In this document: positions 19,297-29,601 of the stretch, in pieces
How the letters are laid out: the number at the start of each line of letters is the position of its first letter
Numbering within the stretch: position 1 is the stretch's first letter
Assembly: GCA_963751455.1 (NCBI GenBank)
Contig: CAVVUN010000001.1
Coordinates: 192,001 to 256,000 of the forward strand
Direction of reading: 5' to 3'
DNA: 64,000 nt
Source of the DNA: Nitrospirota bacterium
GTDB taxonomy: Bacteria; Nitrospirota; UBA9217
Translations under genes and position numbers: made by a program
The notes under the pieces: model-generated
Database searches by the model: none
What the model was told of the DNA's origin: nothing
The model's input: only the letters and a program-made list of their open reading frames with translations

Positions 19297-20655
19297 TTAC
19301 CGGCACTTCGATTCCCGGCCCGGTTCCGGACCTTCCTTGTCGGTCAATTCCAGCGAATTCCCATGCGGCCCTGGCCGCTTCAGTTCCTTATCCAGGTTAA
19401 ACAGCCTGCGCGCAATCGCGATGGTACTGTTATCACCGTTATCCCCTGCAGAGGCCGCCTGTTTGAGCACGACCAGAGGTGCGTGCAGCAGCTTGTTGAT
19501 GATCGCCTCGGACATGGCCTCTACGGCCCTTCTCTGGTCTTCGCTGATGCCGTTCAGGGAACCCAGCGTCTTATCCAGTTCCCGTCTGCGGATTTCCTCC
19601 ACTTTTTCGCGAAGGTCGACGATCGTCGGCACTGCGTCGAGAGCGCGCTCCCATTGGAGATAGGTTTCGACCTCCAATGTTACGATCTTTTCGGCCCGTT
19701 CCGCCTCGCGTGCCCTGCCCTCTGCGTTAACGTCCACCTTGCTCTGGAGGTCGTCAATGTCGTAGAGATACACATTGTCCGCTTTGTCAACTTCAGGGTC
19801 GATATTTCTCGGGTTGGAAATGTCGATCAGGAAGATCGGCTTATGGCGGCGTTCCTTCAGCGCGCGCGTAACCATATCCGGCTTCACCACATAATTCGGT
19901 GCGCCTGTTGCGCAGATCAGAATGTCCACCATCACGAGAGCGTCCGGGAAATGCTCGAACCTGATGGCGTCTCCCTTGAACTCCTTGGCCAGTTCTTCCG
20001 CTCGCTCAAAAGTCCTGTTCGCAACCATGATGTTCTTTACGCCGTTTCCCAGGAGGTGCTGGGCGGCCAGCTCCGCCATTTCGCCTGCGCCCAGAAGCAT
20101 GACTGTCTTCCCCTCAAGGTCGCCGAAGATCTTCTTGGCCAACTCCACGGCTGCCGAACTGATCGAGACTGCCCCTTCAGCGAGTTTCGTCTCAGTCCGC
20201 ACCCTCTTTGCAACCGAAATGGCTTTTTTGATCAGCTTGTTCAGGATGGTGCTCGTTGTCTTGGTCTTCAGGGCGATATCGAAGGCGTCCTTGAGCTGCC
20301 CGAGGATCTGCGCCTCTCCCACAACCATGGAATCCAGGCTGGACGCAACGCGAAAAGTATGGCGGACTCCCTGGGCATCCGGATAGACATAGAGTGACTG
20401 TTCCAACGCTTCGCGGCTGAGGGAGTGGTAATCGGAAACGAACTGCTTGATACGATCGATGCCGCTGACGCTTTCATGAACGAACGCATAGATCTCCACC
20501 CGGTTGCAGGTAGACACGATCAGGCTTTCGCGGATGCCCTCATAGGTCATGAGTTTCCTGAGCGCATCGGGAAGCGTGGCTTCGGGGAAGTTAAGCTTCT
20601 CGCGCACCTCGATCGGCGCTGTTTTATGACTCAGACCGACGACGATTATGCCCAT
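19297..20655 (-). CDS. hemA: Glutamyl-tRNA reductase
   Basis: HKTAPIEVRE, STCNRVE, SLDSMVVGEAQILGQ, GAGEM. Confidence 0.98.
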   Translation of the reverse strand: MGIIVVGLSHKTAPIEVREKLNFPEATLPDALRKLMTYEGIRESLIVSTCNRVEIYAFVHESVSGIDRIKQFVSDYHSLSREALEQSLYVYPDAQGVRHTFRVASSLDSMVVGEAQILGQLKDAFDIALKTKTTSTILNKLIKKAISVAKRVRTETKLAEGAVSISSAAVELAKKIFGDLEGKTVMLLGAGEMAELAAQHLLGNGVKNIMVANRTFERAEELAKEFKGDAIRFEHFPDALVMVDILICATGAPNYVVKPDMVTRALKERRHKPIFLIDISNPRNIDPEVDKADNVYLYDIDDLQSKVDVNAEGRAREAERAEKIVTLEVETYLQWERALDAVPTIVDLREKVEEIRRRELDKTLGSLNGISEDQRRAVEAMSEAIINKLLHAPLVVLKQAASAGDNGDNSTIAIARRLFNLDKELKRPGPHGNSLELTDKEGPEPGRESKCR

Positions 20656-20795
20656 TCTTGCATCACCCTAATCTGAACTGATCATGAGACAAGGACAGTA
20701 TTGGCAGATTACGCAGATTTCACTAAAGTCTTTTTGTATTCTCATGATTTAACCAAATTTTTCCATCAATTTCGATAGAATTGATTCAGAATTTG

Positions 20796-21608
20796 CTAAA
20801 ACGTATGTTTCCCGATGTTCACCCGGCTTACGACGAAGAAGCTGATCAGAACAAATACGAAGCCGAGAATCGAGAGGAATGCCATCTTTCGCCCGCGCCA
20901 CCCGATCGTACGCAGGTGCAGCAAGACCAGATATATCGCCCAGGTGATCAGGGACCATGTCTCCTTCGGGTCCCAGCTCCAATAGGTGCCCCAGGCGCTG
21001 TTGGCCCAGATTGATCCGGTCAGCATGCCGATGGTAAAGAGCGGCCAGCCGAGCGTCAATGCCTTGTATCCGAGCGTATCCATGATGTCGAGCGAAGGCA
21101 ACCGGTGGAAGATGGCCCCCAGGTGTTTCGACTTGAGCTGCCGCTCCTGGATCAGATACATGACTGAAACGATGAACGCGAAGGCAAAAGCCGCGTCCCC
21201 GAGCACCGCGAAGCTGGTATGCACGCCAAGCCACCCGCTTTTCAGCATCGGATTCAGCTCCTCGATGCTGCTGGATACTATGAACGCAGGAACCATCAGG
21301 ATAATCACGAGGGGCAGCATGAAAGAGCCGAGCGCGGCGATCTTGAACCGTATTTCCATGATCAGGAACACGAACATGATACCCATGCCCAGAAAATTGG
21401 CTGCCTCGAAAAACGTGGTGACCGGCACACGTCCCGATTCTGCCCATCGAAACGAGAAGTATGCAATATGAAGAGCAAATCCGGCTAAAGCGGCTGCCAG
21501 GGATCCTGCGGCGATGCGCTTCAACTGGGGCTTGATAATATACGTAATATAGCCCGCGGCTGACAGAACATAGATGCCTATTGCCGCTTTAAAAAAAAGA
21601 ATATTCAT
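20796..21608 (-). CDS. ccsB: Cytochrome c biogenesis protein (CcsA/CcsB family, HemX-like position)
   Basis: WWD motif WANSAWGTYWSWDPKETWSLITW. Multiple TM helices. Confidence 0.9.
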   Translation of the reverse strand: MNILFFKAAIGIYVLSAAGYITYIIKPQLKRIAAGSLAAALAGFALHIAYFSFRWAESGRVPVTTFFEAANFLGMGIMFVFLIMEIRFKIAALGSFMLPLVIILMVPAFIVSSSIEELNPMLKSGWLGVHTSFAVLGDAAFAFAFIVSVMYLIQERQLKSKHLGAIFHRLPSLDIMDTLGYKALTLGWPLFTIGMLTGSIWANSAWGTYWSWDPKETWSLITWAIYLVLLHLRTIGWRGRKMAFLSILGFVFVLISFFVVSRVNIGKHTF

Positions 21609-21785
21609 AAAAACGGTTCCCCGGAATAGATTGTGAACAATGACCTTGCATAATACTTTTTAATGGGAGATAAAGTCAAGCAAAAAACGGGAAGTGATTG
21701 AAATGTAGAGGATAAATTCACTTTATTATAGATACCTGCAAAAGGGCCTGAGGTTTGGCTCTTTGTCCGTTCGTAAGGCGCTTTT

Positions 21786-22424
21786 TTACCGTTCTTCGAT
21801 CAGCTTTCCGTCCGACATTCGAAGCACCCTGTCGGCCCGGATGGAAAGCTTGTCATTGTGGGTCACTATCACGAATGTCACGCCCCTGTCACGGTTTATC
21901 CGCTGCAGCATTTCGTGGACGGCCTCCCCCGTAACCGGATCAAGGTTTCCGGTTGGCTCATCAGCCAGAACGACGTCCGGTTTCAGCATCAGGGCACGGG
22001 CGACCGCCACCCGCTGCTGCTCTCCGCCGGAGAGCTCACCGGGCCGGTGGTCCGTCCTCTTGCCGAGCCCTACATCGTTAAGCGCAGATGCGGCCGCCTC
22101 GGCCGCTTCCCGCCGTTCGGTCCCGCGTATAAGCGCAGGCATCATAACATTCTCCAACGCGGAAAATTCCGGCAAAAGGTGGTGAAACTGGAATACAAAA
22201 CCGACACGCTCATTACGGAACCGGGCAATTCTGTCGCTGTCCATTCCGAACACATCAACTTCTCCGTACAATACCTTGCCGGAGGTCGGCCGATCCAGTC
22301 CCCCGAGGATATGAAGGAAGGTGCTCTTTCCAACGCCTGATGCGCCGACGATCGCGAGCATTTCACCTTTTTGAATGTCGAGTTCGATATCCTTAAGGAC
22401 ATGGAGCTTGACGGGTCCGCTCAT
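21786..22424 (-). CDS. lolD: Lipoprotein-releasing ABC transporter ATPase
   Basis: GASGVGKST, GFVFQFHHLL, LSGGEQQR, DEPTGNLD. Confidence 0.93.
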   Translation of the reverse strand: MSGPVKLHVLKDIELDIQKGEMLAIVGASGVGKSTFLHILGGLDRPTSGKVLYGEVDVFGMDSDRIARFRNERVGFVFQFHHLLPEFSALENVMMPALIRGTERREAAEAAASALNDVGLGKRTDHRPGELSGGEQQRVAVARALMLKPDVVLADEPTGNLDPVTGEAVHEMLQRINRDRGVTFVIVTHNDKLSIRADRVLRMSDGKLIEER

Positions 22425-22465
22425 GAATGTCTTCTGGAGTTTCTCTATATGGATGAGCGGCTGTT

Positions 22466-22717
22466 TTATTTTTTCTCTCCCTTTTTATCTCCGGATTTGA
22501 CCGTGTCTATCACTTTCTCGACTGCCTTACCGGTGTTTGATGCCTTTTTCTCCATCTCCTGTTTGACGGTTTCCGCTTCCTTTCCCACTCCCGTAATCCA
22601 TTTGCCGGCGGTCCGGAGCAGGCCGCCTCCGCCGAGAAGAACAAACACGACGAGAATAAGCGCAACCAACACGATCGTCATTAAAATTCTTTTTACTGTT
22701 CCGCCCTTCTTCCCCAT
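22466..22717 (-). CDS. Small membrane-anchored hypothetical protein
   Basis: One TM helix and a Lys-rich tail, co-oriented between lolC and lolD. Confidence 0.65.
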   Translation of the reverse strand: MGKKGGTVKRILMTIVLVALILVVFVLLGGGGLLRTAGKWITGVGKEAETVKQEMEKKASNTGKAVEKVIDTVKSGDKKGEKK

Positions 22718-22752
22718 ACGTCCCCCCCTTTTTTAGTCATACATCTTGCATT

Positions 22753-23988
22753 CTATTCATACCGAAGCACTTCCACAGGGTCTTGCTTTGCCGCCTGCCA
22801 TGATGGATAAAGTGTGGCGAGAAAACTGATCCCCAGCGCTGTAATGCTTATGAACAGGATATCGAGGCCTGTGATTGAAAGCGGCAGACTACTCACCTGG
22901 TACACGTCCTTGGGAAGGGAAACCACGCCTGTTTTTGTGATAATCATTACAGCACCGTAGCCGATAAGCGCCCCGAGTACGGTACCGACTGTCCCGATTA
23001 CGATCCCCGCAAACATGAAGATCCGCATAATGCTGCCCGACGGGGCGCCCATCGATTTCAAGATCGCTATCTCGCGGCTCTTTTCCATCACAATCATCGT
23101 GAGCGTGCCGATGATATTGAAGGACGCCACAATGATGATCACCACCAGAATAAGCGACATTCCTATTTTTTCGAGCTTCAATGCCGAAAAAAAGTTTTTG
23201 TTCATCTCGATCCAGTCCCGTGTATAGTAAGGGTACCCGATGGCCGCCCGAATTTCTCCCGAGATCTTATCGGCATTATAGACCTGGTCCACACGCACCT
23301 CGACACCGCTTACCCTGCCGGGCATATCAAAGAATTTCTGCGCATCAGGCAGCGAAATATACGCGAAACCGGTGTTATAGTCGTACATCCCGGCGTCGAA
23401 GATGCCCACTACTTCGAACTTTCTCATTTTTGGCACCATGCCCACTGCGGTTTCCTCGCCGATCGGGTTGACCATGGTAACGGTGTCCCCGATTGTTGCG
23501 CCAAATTTTCGCGCGAGGTCTTCTCCGATGACAAGGCCGGGCACTTTCCGCCCGGGCGGGCCGAGGTCACCCAGCGATCCCTCGACCATGTTCTTCTCAA
23601 GACTCGTCACCTTGCCTTCGGACTGCGGATTAATGCCGCGCACCACAACGCCCTGCACCCGGTCCCTCGTAGAAAGCATCGCCTGGCTGATAATGAACGG
23701 CGTGGTTGCGGTTACATGCGGCACCCGGTCTATTTTTTCCTTCAAGGCCTGCTCGTCCTTTACGCCCATGCCTGAATATTCCATCACCACGATATGGGAG
23801 ATTGCGGACAGTATCTTGTCCCGGAAATAACCCTGGAACCCGGTCATGACCGATAAAGTTATGATGGATGTTGCAACGCCTATCACAACACCGGCTATGG
23901 AGATGAAGGTATTGAGCGAAATAGTGCCGTAACGCTTCTTGGCCTTCAGGTACCGGAGGCTGACAAATATTTCGTAGGGAGTTTTCAT
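22753..23988 (-). CDS. lolC: Lipoprotein-releasing ABC transporter permease (LolC/E)
   Basis: LSVMTGF, EKSREIAILKSMGA, YPSWQAAKQDPVEVLRYE. Confidence 0.93.
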   Translation of the reverse strand: MKTPYEIFVSLRYLKAKKRYGTISLNTFISIAGVVIGVATSIITLSVMTGFQGYFRDKILSAISHIVVMEYSGMGVKDEQALKEKIDRVPHVTATTPFIISQAMLSTRDRVQGVVVRGINPQSEGKVTSLEKNMVEGSLGDLGPPGRKVPGLVIGEDLARKFGATIGDTVTMVNPIGEETAVGMVPKMRKFEVVGIFDAGMYDYNTGFAYISLPDAQKFFDMPGRVSGVEVRVDQVYNADKISGEIRAAIGYPYYTRDWIEMNKNFFSALKLEKIGMSLILVVIIIVASFNIIGTLTMIVMEKSREIAILKSMGAPSGSIMRIFMFAGIVIGTVGTVLGALIGYGAVMIITKTGVVSLPKDVYQVSSLPLSITGLDILFISITALGISFLATLYPSWQAAKQDPVEVLRYE

Positions 23989-24002
23989 GAATTGATAGTT
24001 CC

Positions 24003-24094
24003 GCCACAGAGATCACAGAGGACCCAGAGAAATGAAAAGGCAAATTCTTTACTTATCAAGGGATGGCCTCTGTGCTCTCTGTGTTCTCTGTGGC
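24003..24094. repeat. 9-nt-periodic inverted repeat hairpin
   Basis: gccacagag/atcacagag/gacccagag ... ctctgtgct/ctctgtgtt/ctctgtggc between lysS and lolC. Confidence 0.85.
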
Positions 24095-24105
24095 AAAGAT
24101 TAATG

Positions 24106-25584
24106 TTATTTTTCCTTTTTCATCTGCGGGAACAGGATAACGTCACGGATGGAACTCGATCCGGTAAGAAGCATCACAAGCCGGTCGATGCCTATCCCTT
24201 CTCCTGCTGCCGGCGGCATACCGTATTCGAGCGCCCTGATAAAGTCCTCGTCCATCTGGTGCGCTTCCTCATCCCCTGCCTCCCGCTCCGTCACCTGTTT
24301 TAAAAAACGCTCCTTTTGGTCAATCGGGTCATTCAGCTCGGAAAAGGCGTTTGCAAGTTCCCTGCCGACAATGAAGAGTTCGAACCGCTCTACGTAATCC
24401 GGATTGTCTTCCCGTTTTTTTGAAAGCGGAGATATATCGGTGGGATAGTCCATGATAAACGTGGGCTGGATCAGGGTCGTTTCGACCACAGCTTCGAATA
24501 TATCATTCAGGATTTTGCCGAGCGATTCTCCGCCTTTGAGGCTCGCGCCCTTTTTGACAGCGTATGCGCGGGCTTTGACCGGGTCTCCGAGAACGTCCTC
24601 AGGGACACCTGCGGCCTTCAGTGCCTCAATAAATGTGAGCCGTTTCCACGGTGGAGCGAGACTGATCTTATTTCCTTCGTATTCTATTTCGGTGGTGCCC
24701 AGAACTTCGCGGGCCACGCTGCTGATCATTTGCTCGGTCATTTCGATGAGATCGCGGTAATCGGCGTACGCCGTATAAAACTCGAGCATGGTGAATTCCG
24801 GGTTGTGACGCGTTGAAATGCCCTCGTTCCTGAAATTCCGGTTTATCTCGTAGACCCGCTCGAATCCGCCGACAAGAAGGCGCTTCAGGTAGAGTTCCGG
24901 CGCGATGCGAAGATAAAGGTCCATATCAAGGGCGTTGTGATGGGTTTTAAAAGGTTTGGCAGCGGCGCCCCCCGGGATCGACTGCATCATCGGCGTTTCG
25001 ACTTCGATATAATCGCGTGAATTCAGAAAGCTCCGAATCGCCTGGACAATTCTGGTCCTGAGGACGATTACCTTTCTGACATCCGGATTTACGATCAAAT
25101 CCACATACCGCTGACGGTAACGAAGCTCGACATCGGTCAGCCCGTGCCATTTTTCAGGGAGTGGACGCAGTGATTTTGAGAGGAGGGTGAAATTCTCCAC
25201 CTCGATCGTCAACTCGTTCGTCTTTGTCCGGAACAGGAATCCCTTGACGCCGATGAAATCCCCGATGTCCAGCTTCTTGAAAAGCGAATAGCTTTCCTCG
25301 CCGAGTGAATTCTTCTGGACATAGATCTGGATCCTGCCCGAGCCGTCCTGGAGGTGGCTGAACCCCGCCTTTCCGAAGCTTCGCATCGCCACAATCCGTC
25401 CTGCGACCGTTACCTCTACGCGTTCTTTCTCAAGGTCTTCCTTGCTCGTATTTCCATGTCGCTCCTGCAGGAGCAGTGCTGACGCTGATACCCTAAATTT
25501 TCCGGCGTACGGCTTTACGCCCATCGCGCTGATCTCATCAAGCTTCTTGAAGCGTTGCTGGATCAACTCGTTGTAATCATCCAT
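24106..25584 (-). CDS. lysS: Lysine--tRNA ligase (class II)
   Basis: RPLPEKWHGL, RIAPELYLKRL, FRNEG, GEGIGIDRL. Confidence 0.98.
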   Translation of the reverse strand: MDDYNELIQQRFKKLDEISAMGVKPYAGKFRVSASALLLQERHGNTSKEDLEKERVEVTVAGRIVAMRSFGKAGFSHLQDGSGRIQIYVQKNSLGEESYSLFKKLDIGDFIGVKGFLFRTKTNELTIEVENFTLLSKSLRPLPEKWHGLTDVELRYRQRYVDLIVNPDVRKVIVLRTRIVQAIRSFLNSRDYIEVETPMMQSIPGGAAAKPFKTHHNALDMDLYLRIAPELYLKRLLVGGFERVYEINRNFRNEGISTRHNPEFTMLEFYTAYADYRDLIEMTEQMISSVAREVLGTTEIEYEGNKISLAPPWKRLTFIEALKAAGVPEDVLGDPVKARAYAVKKGASLKGGESLGKILNDIFEAVVETTLIQPTFIMDYPTDISPLSKKREDNPDYVERFELFIVGRELANAFSELNDPIDQKERFLKQVTEREAGDEEAHQMDEDFIRALEYGMPPAAGEGIGIDRLVMLLTGSSSIRDVILFPQMKKEK

Positions 25585-25670
25585 ACAATTCCTTTCATGA
25601 GGACGTGGGAACAGTTACCCGGTATCGTTGTATCCGTGTCAATCGCGCTATTACTTCCTAAACACCGCGG

Positions 25671-25700
25671 ATTATACTGGCCTGTGACAAGAGCTGTCAA
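25671..25700 (-). promoter_or_regulatory. Sigma70-type promoter of lysS
   Basis: TTGACA-N18-TATAAT on the minus strand. Confidence 0.75.
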
Positions 25701-25710
25701 CAACAAAGGG

Positions 25711-26598
25711 TTATCCGGCAAGCATTCGGAGCACTTCGAGATATTTTTCGCTTGTTTTCTTTATGACGTCGTCGGGCAGCGACGGCGCCGGCGGCTTCTG
25801 GTTCCAGGACAGGGATAGCAGATAATCCCTGACAAACTGCTTGTCGAAGCTTTTCTGGGAGACGCCCTCGGCATAGCCGCTTTTCGGCCAGAACCGGGAA
25901 GAATCCGGGGTGAGCACTTCATCGATAAGAATCACCTCGCCGTCATACATCCCGAATTCAAGCTTGGTGTCCGCGATGATGATGCCTTTGGCTTCGGCGA
26001 TCTTGCATGCTTTTTTATAAACACCGAGGGTATACGCTTTTATCCTGTTCGCTGTTTCTTTTCCGACGAGTTTGACCACCGCGTCAAGGCTGATGTTCAC
26101 ATCATGCTCTCCGGCCTCGGCTTTTGTAGAAGGAGTGAAAATCGGTTCAGGCAGCCTGGACGCTTCTGTCAACCCGGGCGGCAGCGGAATGCCGCTGACG
26201 GAACCCGTCGCACGGTACTCCTTCAGCCCGGAGCCGCTCAGGTAGCCCCTGACGATGCACTCCACGGGCAGCGGCTTGGATTTCTTTACGAGCATGCTCC
26301 GTCCTTCAAGAACCTGCTCATGAGCTCTGCAGGCCGCCGGGAAATCGCGAACATCCGTGGACAGCAGGTGGTTTCCCACGATGTCCCGGGTATGCGAGAA
26401 CCAAAACCTGGAAATCTCGGTGAGGACCCTGCCTTTGTCAGGAACTGCGTTAGGCAACACGACATCAAAAGCTGAAATCCTGTCCGTTGCCACAATAAGA
26501 AGCGTCTCCCCGAGGTCATAGATATCGCGGACTTTGCCCCGTTTCGGGGGTTTCAATCCTGAAAGGTTCGTCTCAAGCACCGGTTGCGTTTTCATCAT
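25711..26598 (-). CDS. purC: SAICAR synthetase
   Basis: [38 protein letters not shown]. Start moved to MMKTQ after a GAGGAG RBS. Confidence 0.96.
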   Translation of the reverse strand: MMKTQPVLETNLSGLKPPKRGKVRDIYDLGETLLIVATDRISAFDVVLPNAVPDKGRVLTEISRFWFSHTRDIVGNHLLSTDVRDFPAACRAHEQVLEGRSMLVKKSKPLPVECIVRGYLSGSGLKEYRATGSVSGIPLPPGLTEASRLPEPIFTPSTKAEAGEHDVNISLDAVVKLVGKETANRIKAYTLGVYKKACKIAEAKGIIIADTKLEFGMYDGEVILIDEVLTPDSSRFWPKSGYAEGVSQKSFDKQFVRDYLLSLSWNQKPPAPSLPDDVIKKTSEKYLEVLRMLAG

Positions 26599-27922
26599 CT
26601 CCTCTTTTCTGTTCTCCATCCCCGGTGCCCTCCCGGGGAAGTTTGAGTATTCTGACCCGCGCAATCCGGTTTTTTCTGAGACGCAGAACGGTAAACATGA
26701 GGTCCTGAAACCGGATCTGGTCGCCTTCGACCGGAAGACGCCCGAACAGGCCCAGAACGAAACCGCCGATAGTCTCGAATTCGTCTTCGGGAAGCGATAC
26801 GCCGACCCGGTCATTTACCTTGCCGATGTCCGTCTTTCCGTCAACGATGTACCGGTTAGCAGCGATCTCCTCTATTTCGCGCAGAACTTTTTCCTGTTCG
26901 TCCTGAATGTCTCCGATGATCTCCTCGATCAGGTCTTCCATGGTTACGAGTCCGTCGGTGCCGCCGTATTCATCCATCACAAGAGCCAGGTGTATCCGCT
27001 TTTCCCGCATTTCCTTCAGCAGCACGCTCACGTTCTTGTTCGGCGGCACGATATACGGCTTTCGCAGCACCTTTTCCAGCCGGAACGGTCCGTTCCCGAT
27101 GTGAACCGGCAGAATGTCTTTCAAATATACAACCCCTATGATGTTATCGATCGTCTCGGAATATACCGGGAGACGAGAGAAACCTTTCTCGTTCATTATA
27201 CGAAGGATGTCATCGATGTCGGCTTCCGCTTCGACAGCTACGATATCGGTCCGCGGCACCATCACTTCCTTTACAACCGTATCCGTAAAACGGAAGACGC
27301 TGTGGATGAGGTCTTCCTCTGATGGTTCAAAGACCCCGCTTTTCCGACCTTCCCTGATCAGGTATTTGACCTCGTCTTCTGATATGAGATGCGATTCTGG
27401 AGGGCCGGCTATCTTAAAGAAACGCAGAACAAGATTGTTGGATGCCGCAAGCACACGCAGGATCACTTTGAATACCCGCGAGAGCATGTCCAGCGGCGTG
27501 GACGTCACAAATGCTATCTGCTCGGAATACCGGAGTGCCAGGGACTTCGGGATCAGTTCGCCTATTACGAGGGTAACATACGTAATTGCGGTCACGATCA
27601 GCCCCACAGCGAGCGGTTCTGCCGCCTTTTGAACGATATCAACCGGGACTTCCATCAAGAGCGGTTTAATCCGCTCTGCGGCGATTACGCCGCCAATAGT
27701 AGCGGCGAGGGTCCCAACCAGCGTTACACCGATCTGTACAGTTCCGAGAAACCTCTCCGGCTCCTCCTGCAGTTTTTGGACTTTCCTGGCCTGCGCGTTG
27801 CCGCTTTTGACGAGGTGCCGTACGCGGCTTTTCCGCAGGGAAATAAGCGCTATCTCGGACGCTGAAAAAAAGCCGTTCAAGACGATCAGGGCAAAAATCA
27901 GGAATATATCCGTTATCCACAT
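26573..27922 (-). CDS. CNNM/HlyC-CorC family transporter (hemolysin family)
   Basis: [23 protein letters not shown] pair, [23 protein letters not shown]. Confidence 0.93.
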   Translation of the reverse strand: MWITDIFLIFALIVLNGFFSASEIALISLRKSRVRHLVKSGNAQARKVQKLQEEPERFLGTVQIGVTLVGTLAATIGGVIAAERIKPLLMEVPVDIVQKAAEPLAVGLIVTAITYVTLVIGELIPKSLALRYSEQIAFVTSTPLDMLSRVFKVILRVLAASNNLVLRFFKIAGPPESHLISEDEVKYLIREGRKSGVFEPSEEDLIHSVFRFTDTVVKEVMVPRTDIVAVEAEADIDDILRIMNEKGFSRLPVYSETIDNIIGVVYLKDILPVHIGNGPFRLEKVLRKPYIVPPNKNVSVLLKEMREKRIHLALVMDEYGGTDGLVTMEDLIEEIIGDIQDEQEKVLREIEEIAANRYIVDGKTDIGKVNDRVGVSLPEDEFETIGGFVLGLFGRLPVEGDQIRFQDLMFTVLRLRKNRIARVRILKLPREGTGDGEQKRGDDENATGA

Positions 27923-28024
27923 AAGAGCATACTACGTTGTCGCGCCACGAATTTCAAATCCGAACCAGCGGACGCAACGGGCAGCATACATTCCGGCCGC
28001 ACAGACATCATTGTTTTGCCCCGC

Positions 28025-29494
28025 TTAAAATCCGTATTCCCTCCATCTTTCTTCAACTTTTTTCTGCATCTGTTCGGCCATCTTTATCTCATCCGGCCAC
28101 GGGCGGCTGAAGCCTTCTCCCGGCCCTTTTCGGGTTGCATCGATGCCCATCTTGCCGCCGAACCCGATGTGCGGGCATGAGTGGTCTAGTATATCGAGCG
28201 GCCCGTCCGTGATCACGACGTCGCGCTGAGGATCAACATGGTTCATGACCTTCCACGTCACTTCTGAATAGTCATGAATGTTGACGTCCTCATCGCATAC
28301 GATGACGAACTTCGACAACATCAGCATGCCGGTGCCCCAGATCGTATGGATGGCCTTTTTCCCGTGACCGGGATACCGCTTTTTGATCTTGACGATAACA
28401 TTGTTATGAAAGACGCCCTCGACCGGCATATCCATATCCAGGATGTCAGGCGCAACCATCTGAAGAAGCGGCAGAAAGATTCGCTCGGTGGCCTTGCCGA
28501 GATATGCGTCCTCCTGCGGCGGCCGCCCGACGAGGGTAGCCGGATAGAGAGCATCCTTGCGGTGAGTAATGGCTGTGATATGGAAAACGGGGTATTCGTC
28601 CGCTTGCGAGTAGAAGCCCGTATGGTCTCCAAACGGGCCTTCGGTCCTTCGCTCACCGGGGTCGACATAGCCTTCGAGCACAAACTCGGCTTCGGCCGGA
28701 ACCCGGACGTCGACAGTCTTGCACTGAACGACCTCGAGCGGCCGTTTTCTGAGAAATCCAGCGAATACAAATTCGCCTATTGCGGGCGGAAGAGGCGCCG
28801 TGGACGCATAGATAATCGACGGATCGCCGCCGATTGCCACCGCCATTTCCATTCGTTTGCCTGCCGCTTCATAATGCCGGTAGTGCCTCGCCCCATCCTT
28901 ATGCTTATGCCAATGCATTCCGGTTGTCCGGGCGTCGAAAACCTGCATCCGGTACATGCCCACATTGGTTATCCTCGTGTCGGGATCCACGGTGCAGACC
29001 ATTGGGAGCGTGATGAAGCGGCCTCCATCGCCCGGCCAGCATTTGAGGACCGGTATTTTTGACAGGTCTGCCTGTTCTCCGTTGAGCACCACTTCCTGGC
29101 AGGGCGCTTTTTTCACGGTTTTCGGAAAAAAGTTTGAAAGCTCTGCCAGCTTCGGCAGCATCTGGAGTTTGTCCATGAGTCCCGCACCGGGACCCGGGAA
29201 GAGGTTCACGGGATCGATGATCGCCCTGATCCTCTCCGCTATGTCATCCAGACTTTCCACTTCAAGCGCCAGACAGATACGATTCTGCGAGCCGAACGCG
29301 TTGGTGAGGACCGGAAAGCGAGATCCCTTCACGCGTTCAAACAGGAGCGCCTTGTTCTCGGCGCCTTTCCGTTTCGAAACCCGGTCCGTGATTTCGGCGA
29401 TCTCGAGCTCAGCATCGACCTCCGTCCTGATCCTGACCAGTTCGTTGTTTTTTTCAAGCAGGGCGATAAAATCCCTTATATTTTCAAATGGCAT
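28025..29494 (-). CDS. ubiD: UbiD-family decarboxylase (menaquinone-biosynthesis type)
   Basis: NVGMYRMQ, EGPFGDHTGFY, GRPPQED, GGKMGIDAT. Confidence 0.9.
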   Translation of the reverse strand: MPFENIRDFIALLEKNNELVRIRTEVDAELEIAEITDRVSKRKGAENKALLFERVKGSRFPVLTNAFGSQNRICLALEVESLDDIAERIRAIIDPVNLFPGPGAGLMDKLQMLPKLAELSNFFPKTVKKAPCQEVVLNGEQADLSKIPVLKCWPGDGGRFITLPMVCTVDPDTRITNVGMYRMQVFDARTTGMHWHKHKDGARHYRHYEAAGKRMEMAVAIGGDPSIIYASTAPLPPAIGEFVFAGFLRKRPLEVVQCKTVDVRVPAEAEFVLEGYVDPGERRTEGPFGDHTGFYSQADEYPVFHITAITHRKDALYPATLVGRPPQEDAYLGKATERIFLPLLQMVAPDILDMDMPVEGVFHNNVIVKIKKRYPGHGKKAIHTIWGTGMLMLSKFVIVCDEDVNIHDYSEVTWKVMNHVDPQRDVVITDGPLDILDHSCPHIGFGGKMGIDATRKGPGEGFSRPWPDEIKMAEQMQKKVEERWREYGF

Positions 29495-29601
29495 AGGAAA
29501 TAAATTGTAGCGGAATCAAGCCTGATTTGCAATGAAAAAACATTGACTGCAGCACCCTGGTCGATAAAGAGGGCAAGCAAGGCGTAAACCGAAAGGACAC
29601 A

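Noticed and set aside
12850-24094. CRISPR interpretation of the 9-10-nt periodic repeats
   Set aside because: They are inverted hairpin arms without unique spacers.
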